The notes beneath the pieces were generated by a model that was not told where the DNA came from, ran no database searches, and was given only the letters and a program-made list of their open reading frames with translations. From an uncultured bacterium (GTDB lineage Bacteria; Omnitrophota; Omnitrophia; Omnitrophales; Abzuiibacteriaceae), in assembly GCA_964387845.1 (NCBI GenBank), contig CAYLXA010000007.1, positions 1 to 64,000 on the forward strand: DNA of 64,000 bases, given 5' to 3'. This document shows positions 9,587 through 18,157 of this stretch, piece by piece (the first letter of the stretch is position 1; each line of letters begins with the position of its first letter). Position numbers and translations under genes: made by a program.

Positions 9587-10672
9587 TTACCCCAACGAAC
9601 TTTCCCGCCAATACAATATTTCGTACGGGTATCCGCGCAAAACATTGTTCATAACGTTTTGGATCCCATAGCCGGACCCGCGCGGCTGTTTGATTAAAAT
9701 CGGGAGCCCTGGGCCTATGACCGTCTCGAGTTTCTGTGGAAGCAATTTGCCTGATTTCTGTCGTTCGAGCTTCACCGAAAAATACTGGGAATCCACCGTG
9801 AAAAACCGCAGTGTAAAATTAACAAGCTGCACCATCTGCGGTGAATTGATGAGGCCCAAACGGTTCATGAAAATCTGCGGAGATAGGTCGGCTGCTTGAA
9901 AAGCAAACGGCGGCTGCTCGGCAGATTTCTTTTCATTTTGCCTTCGAATCGCCAGAAGTCTCTGAATAAGGTCTTTTTTCTCTAAATCACCGCCCGGCTG
10001 ACTGGCGATGATTGCTTCAAGGACCCATTCATTGACTGTGTTAATGTTAACTTTCAGAAAAAAATCAGCTATCGACCCGTAAACCGTAAAGTAGGCCTTC
10101 AATGCCTCGTAATCTTCCGGAGTAATATACTGAATGAGCCTGAGCTCGTCTATGGATTCAAATTTCGCCCGTTTATGTTCATGGCCTAAAGTGGCTTTCC
10201 CCTGCAGCGACTGGACCCCACGCCAGGCCATGATACTTCCAACCAAATCATCCTCGTCGGCCTTTAGTTCGACACCCTTCTCTTTCAGTATCTCGAAAAA
10301 GTTTTGAAGAATCTCCGGGGTAACTTTGTTGAGGTTTAATTTACTTTCCTCATCCGAAACGGTCATGGCTATCCTTTTCGATAGCTCAAAATCGTTGTAA
10401 GCACTTGGATGTCCATACCAAGCTTCCAAATCGGAGTCGTTAAGCGGGTCCTCGTCTTCATTAATTAGATAAGATGCCACATTCACCGCTGATAAATATT
10501 CATAAAGACTGGCCGCTTCACGCTCATGCATGGCAGACAATTGGATTTGAATCCGGCTTCTAAAGCCGACGCTTGCGGCCAGCACTGTCAGTACGATTAA
10601 AATCCAAAGCACAAAGATCAAAATGCTCCCTTGTTTGGGTTGAATTTTTCGGCAAAGCGAGTTTTGAATCAT
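9587..10672 (-). CDS. gspK: T2SS minor pseudopilin GspK
   Basis: The N-terminus is GSILIFVLWILIVLTVLAAS (GspK-type). An SKLNLNKVTPEIL motif (KxNxN) is present. Confidence 0.75.
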   Translation of the reverse strand: MIQNSLCRKIQPKQGSILIFVLWILIVLTVLAASVGFRSRIQIQLSAMHEREAASLYEYLSAVNVASYLINEDEDPLNDSDLEAWYGHPSAYNDFELSKRIAMTVSDEESKLNLNKVTPEILQNFFEILKEKGVELKADEDDLVGSIMAWRGVQSLQGKATLGHEHKRAKFESIDELRLIQYITPEDYEALKAYFTVYGSIADFFLKVNINTVNEWVLEAIIASQPGGDLEKKDLIQRLLAIRRQNEKKSAEQPPFAFQAADLSPQIFMNRLGLINSPQMVQLVNFTLRFFTVDSQYFSVKLERQKSGKLLPQKLETVIGPGLPILIKQPRGSGYGIQNVMNNVLRGYPYEILYWRESSLG

Positions 10673-11352
10673 GACGACCCCAAAAGCTGCGTTAAAATCC
10701 CTTGCGGAATTAAAAAATCTAGAGTTTCTTCGGTATTGTTCGTAACTTTTCCTTTGATTGCAAACCGGATTGCCCGCGGAATCCCTTGATAAGGCTTATC
10801 CGAGAGCTCGTTTTTCCAAATAAGGTTACCGTCATGCATTTTGTAAGCAAATTGAAACTTGCAAGCCGAAAGCGGAAGCAAAGGCTCTGATTCCGGATTA
10901 CCGCTATCCGAAAATTTTTTCCTAATCTTCTGCTCTGTCCGGACAATTTGCCCGTCCCGGCATTGGTAACTCACTTGATACAAATCTTCTGTTAACTGAT
11001 CCCGGTCATAGCGCCACAGCCGGGCCGGAAACTCGAGTTTGTCGGATTTTCCTTCAAACGGAACCGGTGCATAAAAAATAGCAGCTCGTAGTTCTTTTCC
11101 CAGCTGCGCGGTTAACATGCTGAGTTCATGGCGGCTTCCCAACTGAGATTCAATGCGTTGGTACGCCACAAATCCCCCTCTAAAAGCACCGTAAGCCGAA
11201 ATAACCACCACCGCAAACAAAGAAAGCGCGATAATCATTTCAATCATCGTAAAACCAAACACGCAGCGGCTTTTGTTATGATTTTTTCTGGTTTCCATAT
11301 TGTGCCATATAGAAAACATCCTGAAAAAAAGATCTCTGTCTTGCATCAACAA
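10669..11352 (-). CDS. prepilin-type minor pseudopilin, GspJ-like
   Basis: It carries the prepilin N-methylation motif GFTMIEMIIALSLFAVVV. It sits at the gspJ position. The start is probably internal to the listed ORF (METRK...). Confidence 0.55.
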   Translation of the reverse strand: MLMQDRDLFFRMFSIWHNMETRKNHNKSRCVFGFTMIEMIIALSLFAVVVISAYGAFRGGFVAYQRIESQLGSRHELSMLTAQLGKELRAAIFYAPVPFEGKSDKLEFPARLWRYDRDQLTEDLYQVSYQCRDGQIVRTEQKIRKKFSDSGNPESEPLLPLSACKFQFAYKMHDGNLIWKNELSDKPYQGIPRAIRFAIKGKVTNNTEETLDFLIPQGILTQLLGSS

Positions 11353-11743
11353 CTTGAAAACTCACTTTGTAAAACTCGACGGTTTTCTTAACCGGGTTCC
11401 TGGGTGGCTGAGGATTTTCCTGCCGCTCTTTTTCATCTTCTTCCTCAGGCGCCAACGGCGTTAGCTTTTCAGCTGAGATACGCGCGGCCAAATTACTTTT
11501 CTCTCCCTCGGCGGAAAATAATTGCAACATTGATGGATCAAACGAAACAGGATCCAAATACCAGCCGAGAAGTTTCTGATCCAGAATTTTATGAACTTCA
11601 TTTGCTTTAATCGACCGGTTCGATACCGAAAGAGATCCGGAAAATACACGAAGCGCTGATACGACGCCGATGGCCAAAATCGTAGTGGCAATCAGCGCTT
11701 CGATCAGAAGCGCGCCTTTAGTGAATCGGGGCCGGTTAAGCAC
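11276..11743 (-). CDS. minor pseudopilin, GspI-like
   Basis: The N-terminus is KGALLIEALIATTILAIGVV, a degenerate prepilin motif with Glu at +5. The size is small. It sits at the gspI position. Confidence 0.5.
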   Translation of the reverse strand: MLNRPRFTKGALLIEALIATTILAIGVVSALRVFSGSLSVSNRSIKANEVHKILDQKLLGWYLDPVSFDPSMLQLFSAEGEKSNLAARISAEKLTPLAPEEEDEKERQENPQPPRNPVKKTVEFYKVSFQVVDARQRSFFQDVFYMAQYGNQKKS

Positions 11744-12245
11744 GGCTCACCTCGACGGTGCCGATCCGGTTCTTAAGCCTGAACAGCATCCGCTCGCGAC
11801 CGGATTCTTTCAGAAGAATCAGCCGGTTTTTGGATGAAGAGCCATCCGGATAAAACAAGATCTCACCACCCCTTTCACTTTCAAGTGATAACGATTCACC
11901 AAGCCGGAAAGACCTGATCAGGCTTGATTTGACGGGTTCAAACCCGCGCCCTTCTTCATTTTGGCGTTTGATATGTAACTGTCTTTTGTCAGAGCTCACT
12001 GCAAGCTGATAGACTAGCCCGTCCTGCAATGCTTTCATTTGCAAAAACCTAAAAACCGTTTCGATGCCTCGCGTGGCATGGTCCAGCTCATTTTGGCGAT
12101 TCGTTTCAACCATCCGGACAGCGCCGAATCCCACCAGGATCACGATTAAGGTCAGCACCACAAGCTGCTCGACCAATGTGAAACCTTTCGGCCGGCGGCT
12201 AGCTTTTGTATGGATATTATTTAATGAAATTTTGCTGCAAGACAT
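11736..12245 (-). CDS. prepilin-type pseudopilin, GspH-like
   Basis: It carries the canonical KGFTLVEQLVVLTLIVILVGFG motif. The C-terminal ILFYPDGSSSKNRLILL is GspH/FimT-like. Confidence 0.6.
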   Translation of the reverse strand: MSCSKISLNNIHTKASRRPKGFTLVEQLVVLTLIVILVGFGAVRMVETNRQNELDHATRGIETVFRFLQMKALQDGLVYQLAVSSDKRQLHIKRQNEEGRGFEPVKSSLIRSFRLGESLSLESERGGEILFYPDGSSSKNRLILLKESGRERMLFRLKNRIGTVEVSRA

Positions 12246-13041
12246 ATTCTTTCCAGCTCTCTTCCATTTCTTCTAAAGTAGAAAAATCCTGCTTAAAACT
12301 TTTGAGCATGGCTTGCTCAAACTCGACGCCGTCCCGCAGAGACCTGCAAAAGTTAATGAAATAAGAAGGATCTCGATTTTCGAGCAAAAACCGGACCATG
12401 CTTTCAGATTGTGAATAAAATAATCCCGCGTCTTCTGTCTTTTTCTCATGCAGAAAATTCATTTGGTTCAAACTTCGTAGCGGAATCGTTTTCCCCTCTT
12501 CGACCGCCTTGGCTACAATGGCTTGATACTGTCTTTTTTCTCCTTCCTCCTGCCACACGGCAAAACCCTCATCCAGCCACCTCGGAATCTGTCCATTCTG
12601 AAACCCGACGAATTCTCTGAAAATCAGGTGCGCCATTTCGTGCGGTAGCACGGACTCCAAAAAGCGGGGTGCATTTTGATAGCTGACAATCGTGCGCCGA
12701 GACGGAATCGAAAACCCGCCCGACCATTCGGGTTGTTTCGAATAAGTTAAGTATGCACTTTGGGAATCATACAAATAGATTTTGCAACGGTTGTCCCACA
12801 GCCAGAAATTTTTCTGAGGCAGCGAACCAAAATAGCGGACAGTTCGGTCGTAACTTTGCTCAGCGTAAAACAAAACCGATTGCGCAAAACCCGAATCCAC
12901 GCCTCGTTGTGCATAGACCAAAAAGTGGGTCCCTTTCAGCTCCCGCCATCCCTCTTCAGCGTAAAGCGTTTTTCCGGAAAAAATGGCGGAAAAGAATAAA
13001 AGAAAGGAAAATGTCAGGGAAAGAGCTCTATTTATATGCAT
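12217..13041 (-). CDS. secreted MA-clan zinc metallopeptidase-like protein (Peptidase_MA_2/DUF1570-like)
   Basis: It has a signal peptide (MHINRALSLTFSFLLFFSAIFSG). An HExxH motif (LPHEMAHLIF) is followed by WLDEGFAVWQEEGE. It is embedded between gspF and gspH. Confidence 0.5.
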   Translation of the reverse strand: MHINRALSLTFSFLLFFSAIFSGKTLYAEEGWRELKGTHFLVYAQRGVDSGFAQSVLFYAEQSYDRTVRYFGSLPQKNFWLWDNRCKIYLYDSQSAYLTYSKQPEWSGGFSIPSRRTIVSYQNAPRFLESVLPHEMAHLIFREFVGFQNGQIPRWLDEGFAVWQEEGEKRQYQAIVAKAVEEGKTIPLRSLNQMNFLHEKKTEDAGLFYSQSESMVRFLLENRDPSYFINFCRSLRDGVEFEQAMLKSFKQDFSTLEEMEESWKEYVLQQNFIK

Positions 13042-13046
13042 AAGGC

Positions 13047-14291
13047 TTATTGGGCCAGCAAATTAATTTCAAATATTGGAAGAAGCAGCGAGAGAACAAT
13101 AAATCCGATGCCTAAACCAATGACCAAAATCAGCACTGGTTCTAACAGCGTCGTACCAAGCCTTAATTTTCGATCTAGCTCACGCTCGTAAAACACAGCG
13201 ATTCTTTCGAAAATTTTATCGAGATTGCCGCTCTCTTCCCCAACCGTCAGGAAACTGGTGACCAGCTCCGGAAACATGCGCGTCTCATCAATTGAGCTGC
13301 TCAGTGTTGAACCTTGCGAAACTTGCATGGCAACTTGTTTAAGCGAAGCTCTAAGGGCAGGATCCATGACAACTTGCTCTGTAATTTTAATGGAATCGAT
13401 CAACGAAACACCGCTTTTAAGCAAGAGCGACCAAGTTCTAGCGAGCGGTACGAAATCCGCCAAGAAGAAAAGAGAATTGAACGTCGGAACTTTTTTAACG
13501 ATACTCGCCACCAACGCCTGCTTCGCCTGCCGGCCCATCCGGTTCCAAGCCAAAATTGCTGCTATTAAAACACCAAGCGCTGCAAACCCGAGCCCATTCG
13601 TGAACAATTGGCTTAACGACAACAAAATGCGGGTCGGTAGCGGCAGCGGATGTTCCCAGGTTTCAAAAAAGACCATCAACTTAGGAATAATGAAGGTCAT
13701 AATCAGGATCACGGTGACAACACCAAAAAGCATGACAAAAAGCGGATACGCAAGTGCTTGTGTGATTTTTGCACGCAGTTCAGCTTCGGCTTCAAACGAT
13801 TTCGAAAGTTCGGCAAATACAACATCCAATTTACCGCTTGCCTCACCTGCTTGGACAGCGCCTGAAACGGTCGGCGGGAAAATATTGGGGAAATTAGCAA
13901 CCGCCTCCGAAAGCTTGATTCCGCTCTGAATATCGGCCGCCATATGATCCAAAGCAGCGGTTAGTGTCGGATGGCGGACTTGTTTCTTAACCAACTGCAG
14001 ACTCTTTAAGAGCGGAAATCCGGAGACCAGCAAAAGCGACAGATGATCAAAAATATTGGCAAGGTCGCGTGCCGAAACTTTCTTGCCTGTTTTCCATTCA
14101 AAACGTTTTGCTTTAAACAAGGAAGGTGCTTTTTGGGGCGCAGACTTTTTAGTATCGGCTTGGATTGAAAGCGGGAAAAAACCCTGAGAAGTTAATTTCT
14201 GGTAAACAGCAGCTTCGGATTCTGCCTCAAGCGTCCCCCTAACAACTTCTCCTCGGCTGTTTTTAGCTTCGAACTGGTATCTTTGAATCAT
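13047..14291 (-). CDS. gspF: type II secretion system inner-membrane platform protein GspF
   Basis: It has the duplicated GspF domain architecture and three TM segments. The N-terminus MIQRYQFEAKNSRGEVVRGTLEAESE is typical. Confidence 0.9.
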   Translation of the reverse strand: MIQRYQFEAKNSRGEVVRGTLEAESEAAVYQKLTSQGFFPLSIQADTKKSAPQKAPSLFKAKRFEWKTGKKVSARDLANIFDHLSLLLVSGFPLLKSLQLVKKQVRHPTLTAALDHMAADIQSGIKLSEAVANFPNIFPPTVSGAVQAGEASGKLDVVFAELSKSFEAEAELRAKITQALAYPLFVMLFGVVTVILIMTFIIPKLMVFFETWEHPLPLPTRILLSLSQLFTNGLGFAALGVLIAAILAWNRMGRQAKQALVASIVKKVPTFNSLFFLADFVPLARTWSLLLKSGVSLIDSIKITEQVVMDPALRASLKQVAMQVSQGSTLSSSIDETRMFPELVTSFLTVGEESGNLDKIFERIAVFYERELDRKLRLGTTLLEPVLILVIGLGIGFIVLSLLLPIFEINLLAQ

Positions 14292-14300
14292 TGAAACCGC

Positions 14301-16478
14301 TTAGCTGACTTCAAACTTGAGATCAAGCAGCTCTTGATCCGAATCCATGTCCTTTGAAAATGGCGGAAAAGGTGAAAGCGATTTGACTGCTTCCGTAATA
14401 ATGCGCACCTCATGCTCGGATAAGCCGGTATCGCTGGCTACATAACTCAATTCAACAGCACCGCTTTTATCCACAATCAAAAAGAGTTCAAACTTTGCGG
14501 TCAATTTCTGAAACTCAGGCCTTTGGTTCAATACTTCGGCGATTGCCGCGTGTATCATCCCCCGATAGTATTCTCTTGCACGATGAGACGCCGGCAAAAT
14601 CTCGCCTCCTTGGGGCGTTAATTCCATGTAATCATTGACGCTACCCCGGTTCGGCAAAGACGCTATCGAAGAGTTTCGTGGGGCAATCATAAGCGGCTTT
14701 TCTTTGACGGGAGATTCCCAATAGGGTTCATCATTTAGGCGAAACGGCCCATGAGAAGTAGTGGATTGTGCCTTCAGAAAATCATAGCCGCCGACCTTGT
14801 CAAAATCGACCCATTCGCCCTGCTTATCTAAATATCGCTGCCGCTCCATGGAATCCGACTTCCCGTCGACGATGCGCGGCGTCAGAAACACCACAAGCTC
14901 CGTCTTATTAAAATCATTCGATTCTGTCCGGAATGCAGCGCCCACCCATGGAATATCACCCAAAAACGGAATCTTCTTCCTGGTTTTTCCGTGGCGGTCT
15001 TGCATTAGCCCGCCGATCACAACCGTGGCTCCATCCCGCGCAACCACAGTCGTTTCAAGTGTTTGGGTCGTCACAACCGGAACAACCGTACGGACAAAAG
15101 TCGCATCACTGCCTGATGCTGCGCCCTGCAATTGGAGCGGGTCGCCTGCCGTACTGACTTCGGGTTTCACTTTTAATACAACCGAGCGGTCTTCTGAGAT
15201 CGTGGGAACAACTGAAAGTGTGACGCCAACGTCGATAAACTGAACCTGGTCAGCAGTGGTCGACGTCGATTGGCTCTGGGAAACCGTTTGCGAAACAAAC
15301 GGCTGCCGGGTTGCAACTGCGAGCTTGGCTTCCTCATTATTCAAAACCAATAAACGCGGGCTCGATAAAATATTCGTCTTTCCGATATTTTGCAAAATAC
15401 TGATGACACTCTGAAAACTTGTCGGGTCGTTTTCACCGCCTTCTTCGCCGATGGTGAATGTACTTAAACTGCCGCCGCCAAGCGTCGATGACGGAGCTGA
15501 TACGGAAAAATTCGGCGCCGCATTAAACATTTTGGCATCGCCGAGCCTGCTTGCAACATAATTCCAATTCACACCGAACCTGTAAGCATCGAAAAGCTGG
15601 ACTTCAACCACCTTTGCATCAATCAAGACTTGAAGGGGCCGCACATCAAAAGCTTTTATGATTTTTGCAACCTGATCAACGTTTTCCTTGCGGTCGGTGA
15701 TAGAAACCTGATTAGTTCGTTTATCGATTTTAAGAAGCCCAGTGGTTGCAGTCAAAAAATCCTTTAATTGAGTTTCCAGATCGGCAACTTTAGCAAACTG
15801 AAGCGTAAAAACTTTGGTGACGAGCGGCTCATCAAAAGAGTTCACGGCCTCTTCAATTTCATCCAGAACTTCGGGCATATCCGTCACGATCACCGTGCTG
15901 GTTCGCTCATCCAGCGCGATCCGGCCGGATGTGCTTTTCATGGTTTGCAGCACGGTATTCATGGCTTGAGGATTGGCATATTTGAACTTAAAAGTCCGCG
16001 TTTCCCTTTCATCGCGAAATGGTTTTCCGAATTTTGATTCGTATTCCTTGTTACCCATCACGGTAATAATGCCGTCCTTTTCTTCATAAGCAAGCCCGAG
16101 CGTTTGAACCACAGTATCCAATGCCTTTCGGACTTCAACATCTTGAAGATACAGCGTGACGTCGCCCTTTACATCGCGCCCGGCAACAATATTAAGCCCG
16201 CTCCGCTTTGACAAAATTTTCAAAACATCTAAGACATTCACGCCTTTAAGTTCCAGCGTGATGGTTGAGGAGGTTATTCCGCGCGAAGTTGCACCAGAAG
16301 CTGTATAGTCAACCGGCGGCTGTGAGAAATTAGAAAAGGTTTCTTCCGAATCTGAATAAGAAGGAGGGCTGTTGGGATCTTGGGCAATCGCGAACGGAAT
16401 CGCCGGTAAACCGCTTAACATAAGACCAACGCTTAAGAAAAAAGCGAGCATGCGTGATTTCATTTTAGGTCTCCTCAA
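14301..16478 (-). CDS. gspD: T2SS secretin GspD with C-terminal extension (TonB_C-like?)
   Basis: Signal peptide, N0/N1/N2 domains (LKGVNVLDVLKILSKRSGLNIVAG) and a secretin core (VVIGGLMQDR...IPFLGDIPWVGAAFR...ELVVFLTPRIV) are present. A roughly 190-aa extra C-terminal tail follows. Confidence 0.9.
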   Translation of the reverse strand: MRRPKMKSRMLAFFLSVGLMLSGLPAIPFAIAQDPNSPPSYSDSEETFSNFSQPPVDYTASGATSRGITSSTITLELKGVNVLDVLKILSKRSGLNIVAGRDVKGDVTLYLQDVEVRKALDTVVQTLGLAYEEKDGIITVMGNKEYESKFGKPFRDERETRTFKFKYANPQAMNTVLQTMKSTSGRIALDERTSTVIVTDMPEVLDEIEEAVNSFDEPLVTKVFTLQFAKVADLETQLKDFLTATTGLLKIDKRTNQVSITDRKENVDQVAKIIKAFDVRPLQVLIDAKVVEVQLFDAYRFGVNWNYVASRLGDAKMFNAAPNFSVSAPSSTLGGGSLSTFTIGEEGGENDPTSFQSVISILQNIGKTNILSSPRLLVLNNEEAKLAVATRQPFVSQTVSQSQSTSTTADQVQFIDVGVTLSVVPTISEDRSVVLKVKPEVSTAGDPLQLQGAASGSDATFVRTVVPVVTTQTLETTVVARDGATVVIGGLMQDRHGKTRKKIPFLGDIPWVGAAFRTESNDFNKTELVVFLTPRIVDGKSDSMERQRYLDKQGEWVDFDKVGGYDFLKAQSTTSHGPFRLNDEPYWESPVKEKPLMIAPRNSSIASLPNRGSVNDYMELTPQGGEILPASHRAREYYRGMIHAAIAEVLNQRPEFQKLTAKFELFLIVDKSGAVELSYVASDTGLSEHEVRIITEAVKSLSPFPPFSKDMDSDQELLDLKFEVS

Positions 16479-16995
16479 TCAAAATTTCTTTTTCATCTCC
16501 GGCACACCTGATGATAACACTGTGGTTTTGGATCAATTGGATTGAAACGCCTTCAAGATCGTTTCCGGCTGTTACAAAATGAGTCTGGCGCGTGCGCTTA
16601 TTCACAAAGATTGCTTCATTTTGGCCGCCTTGAACAATTCCTGATAAGGAAAAAGTTTGGCCAAAATCATCACAAGGGCTTTTACTAACCACCGTTTCCT
16701 GTTTCGCGGTACCGAAAATAGGATGAGCATCGATAATTTGGCTGTAAACATCTATCGGCTGCAGCTCCGGCAAATCCCGCAAACCCATGACCTCTTGCTC
16801 CGGATGCATGCTGCCAAGTTTTTGAAAATAAAAAGGGCTTGAAAGCATCGCAAAAATTAGATAACCAAATACCACAAGCGCCGCCAGAAAAAATAAGAAT
16901 GAAGCCCGATCCTGCCACAAGCCTTTTCCGACAACCGGCCGGATCACATACTTTAAGATCGGATTAGACTTCATTTCGTCCATAATTATCGACAT
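16465..16995 (-). CDS. GspC/PilP-like secretin-interacting protein
   Basis: An N-terminal TM segment (FLFFLAALVVFGYLIFAML) is followed by a C-terminal beta domain (FSLSGIVQGGQNEAIFVNKRTRQTHFVTAGNDLEGVSIQLI) resembling the GspC HR/PilP fold. It overlaps the secretin start. Confidence 0.45.
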   Translation of the reverse strand: MSIIMDEMKSNPILKYVIRPVVGKGLWQDRASFLFFLAALVVFGYLIFAMLSSPFYFQKLGSMHPEQEVMGLRDLPELQPIDVYSQIIDAHPIFGTAKQETVVSKSPCDDFGQTFSLSGIVQGGQNEAIFVNKRTRQTHFVTAGNDLEGVSIQLIQNHSVIIRCAGDEKEILIEET

Positions 16996-17068
16996 TTACC
17001 TGTTAAGCCATTACAAGTTTTATCAGTCAAAGTATCCTGTATTTCTTACTATTTTTCCAGATAAAACT

Positions 17069-18148
17069 TCAAAAAATTGACCTCTCCTTATAGATGCTCA
17101 CCAAAAGACCGATAGCCACAAAAGTTGCAACCAATGAAGAACCTCCATAACTCAGAAGCGGGAGTGTGATGCCGGTAATGGGCGCAATGCCAATCGTCAT
17201 CCCAAGATTGATAAAAATCTGAAAAAACAGCATGGCCGTAATTCCAGCCGCCAACAGTTGCGCTCCGCGATCCGTAGTTCGCTCCATAATTTGAACGGCA
17301 TAAGTAATTAAAGCACCATACAAAAGAATAAGCAAAAGCGACCCTAAAAATCCAAACTCTTCACCCACCACACAAAAAATAAAGTCAGTGTGATGCTCCG
17401 GTACAAAATCAAGTTGGGTCTGTGTTCCCTGCAACCATCCTTTCCCGACAAGTCCACCCGAACCTACTGCAATTTTAGACTGCATGGCCGTATAACCCGA
17501 GCCCAACGGATCAATATTTGGATTCACGAAGACAGTTAAGCGTTTCTGTTGATAAGGTTTCAGCATGTGCCACAAGAAAGGCGCGCTGATCAGCACAACG
17601 CTAAACACAGCTGCCAGATAACGGAATTTGATGCCCCAAATGACTAAAATAGCGAGGGTAGCGGCAATAAAAACCATAGACGTGCCCAAATCCGGCTGTT
17701 TCAGAATCAAAACAAACGGAAGCGCGACAATTGCGGCAGCCATCAGCAGACTTCGTTTTTGTCCATGCCACCGGTCTCGATAGAGTAAAAAATGGGAAAG
17801 TGCAAGAATGGTCGTGATTTTGCTGAATTCAGAGGGCTGCAAGACAAACGGCCCTATTTGAAACCAGCGCTGAGCTCCCAAACGCTCATGGCCGAATATC
17901 AAAACCGACAGCAGCAGACAAATCGAAATTCCGTACAATAAATAAGACGCGTTCAAAAATGTGCGGTATCCAAACATGATGACGAGCAGCATGGCCGCCA
18001 AAGAAAAAGAAATCCACACCAATTGTTTGACAATAAAATGATCTGTGCCACGAAAAGTTGCGCTATAAATAAACAAAACGCTGCTTAAAGCAATGCCTAA
18101 GGCTAAAAAAATAATCGGCCAATGAACGTCCTTAAAATATCGGATCAC
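17069..18148 (-). CDS. rodA: rod shape-determining protein RodA (SEDS family)
   Basis: It is a multi-TM FtsW/RodA family protein (PDLGTSMVFIAATLAILVIWGIKFRY). It lies adjacent to mrdA. Confidence 0.9.
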   Translation of the reverse strand: MIRYFKDVHWPIIFLALGIALSSVLFIYSATFRGTDHFIVKQLVWISFSLAAMLLVIMFGYRTFLNASYLLYGISICLLLSVLIFGHERLGAQRWFQIGPFVLQPSEFSKITTILALSHFLLYRDRWHGQKRSLLMAAAIVALPFVLILKQPDLGTSMVFIAATLAILVIWGIKFRYLAAVFSVVLISAPFLWHMLKPYQQKRLTVFVNPNIDPLGSGYTAMQSKIAVGSGGLVGKGWLQGTQTQLDFVPEHHTDFIFCVVGEEFGFLGSLLLILLYGALITYAVQIMERTTDRGAQLLAAGITAMLFFQIFINLGMTIGIAPITGITLPLLSYGGSSLVATFVAIGLLVSIYKERSIF

Positions 18149-18157
18149 AAACTCACC

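Noticed and set aside
5652-17068. The T2SS locus could have been a tRNA-Pro-integrated genomic island.
   Set aside because: No integrase is present, and I found no direct repeat of the tRNA 3' end near the far boundary (around 17000). The composition is similar to the flanking mre/pur genes. Only a 9-nt 5'-end match upstream was seen, and 5' tRNA ends are not used as att sites.
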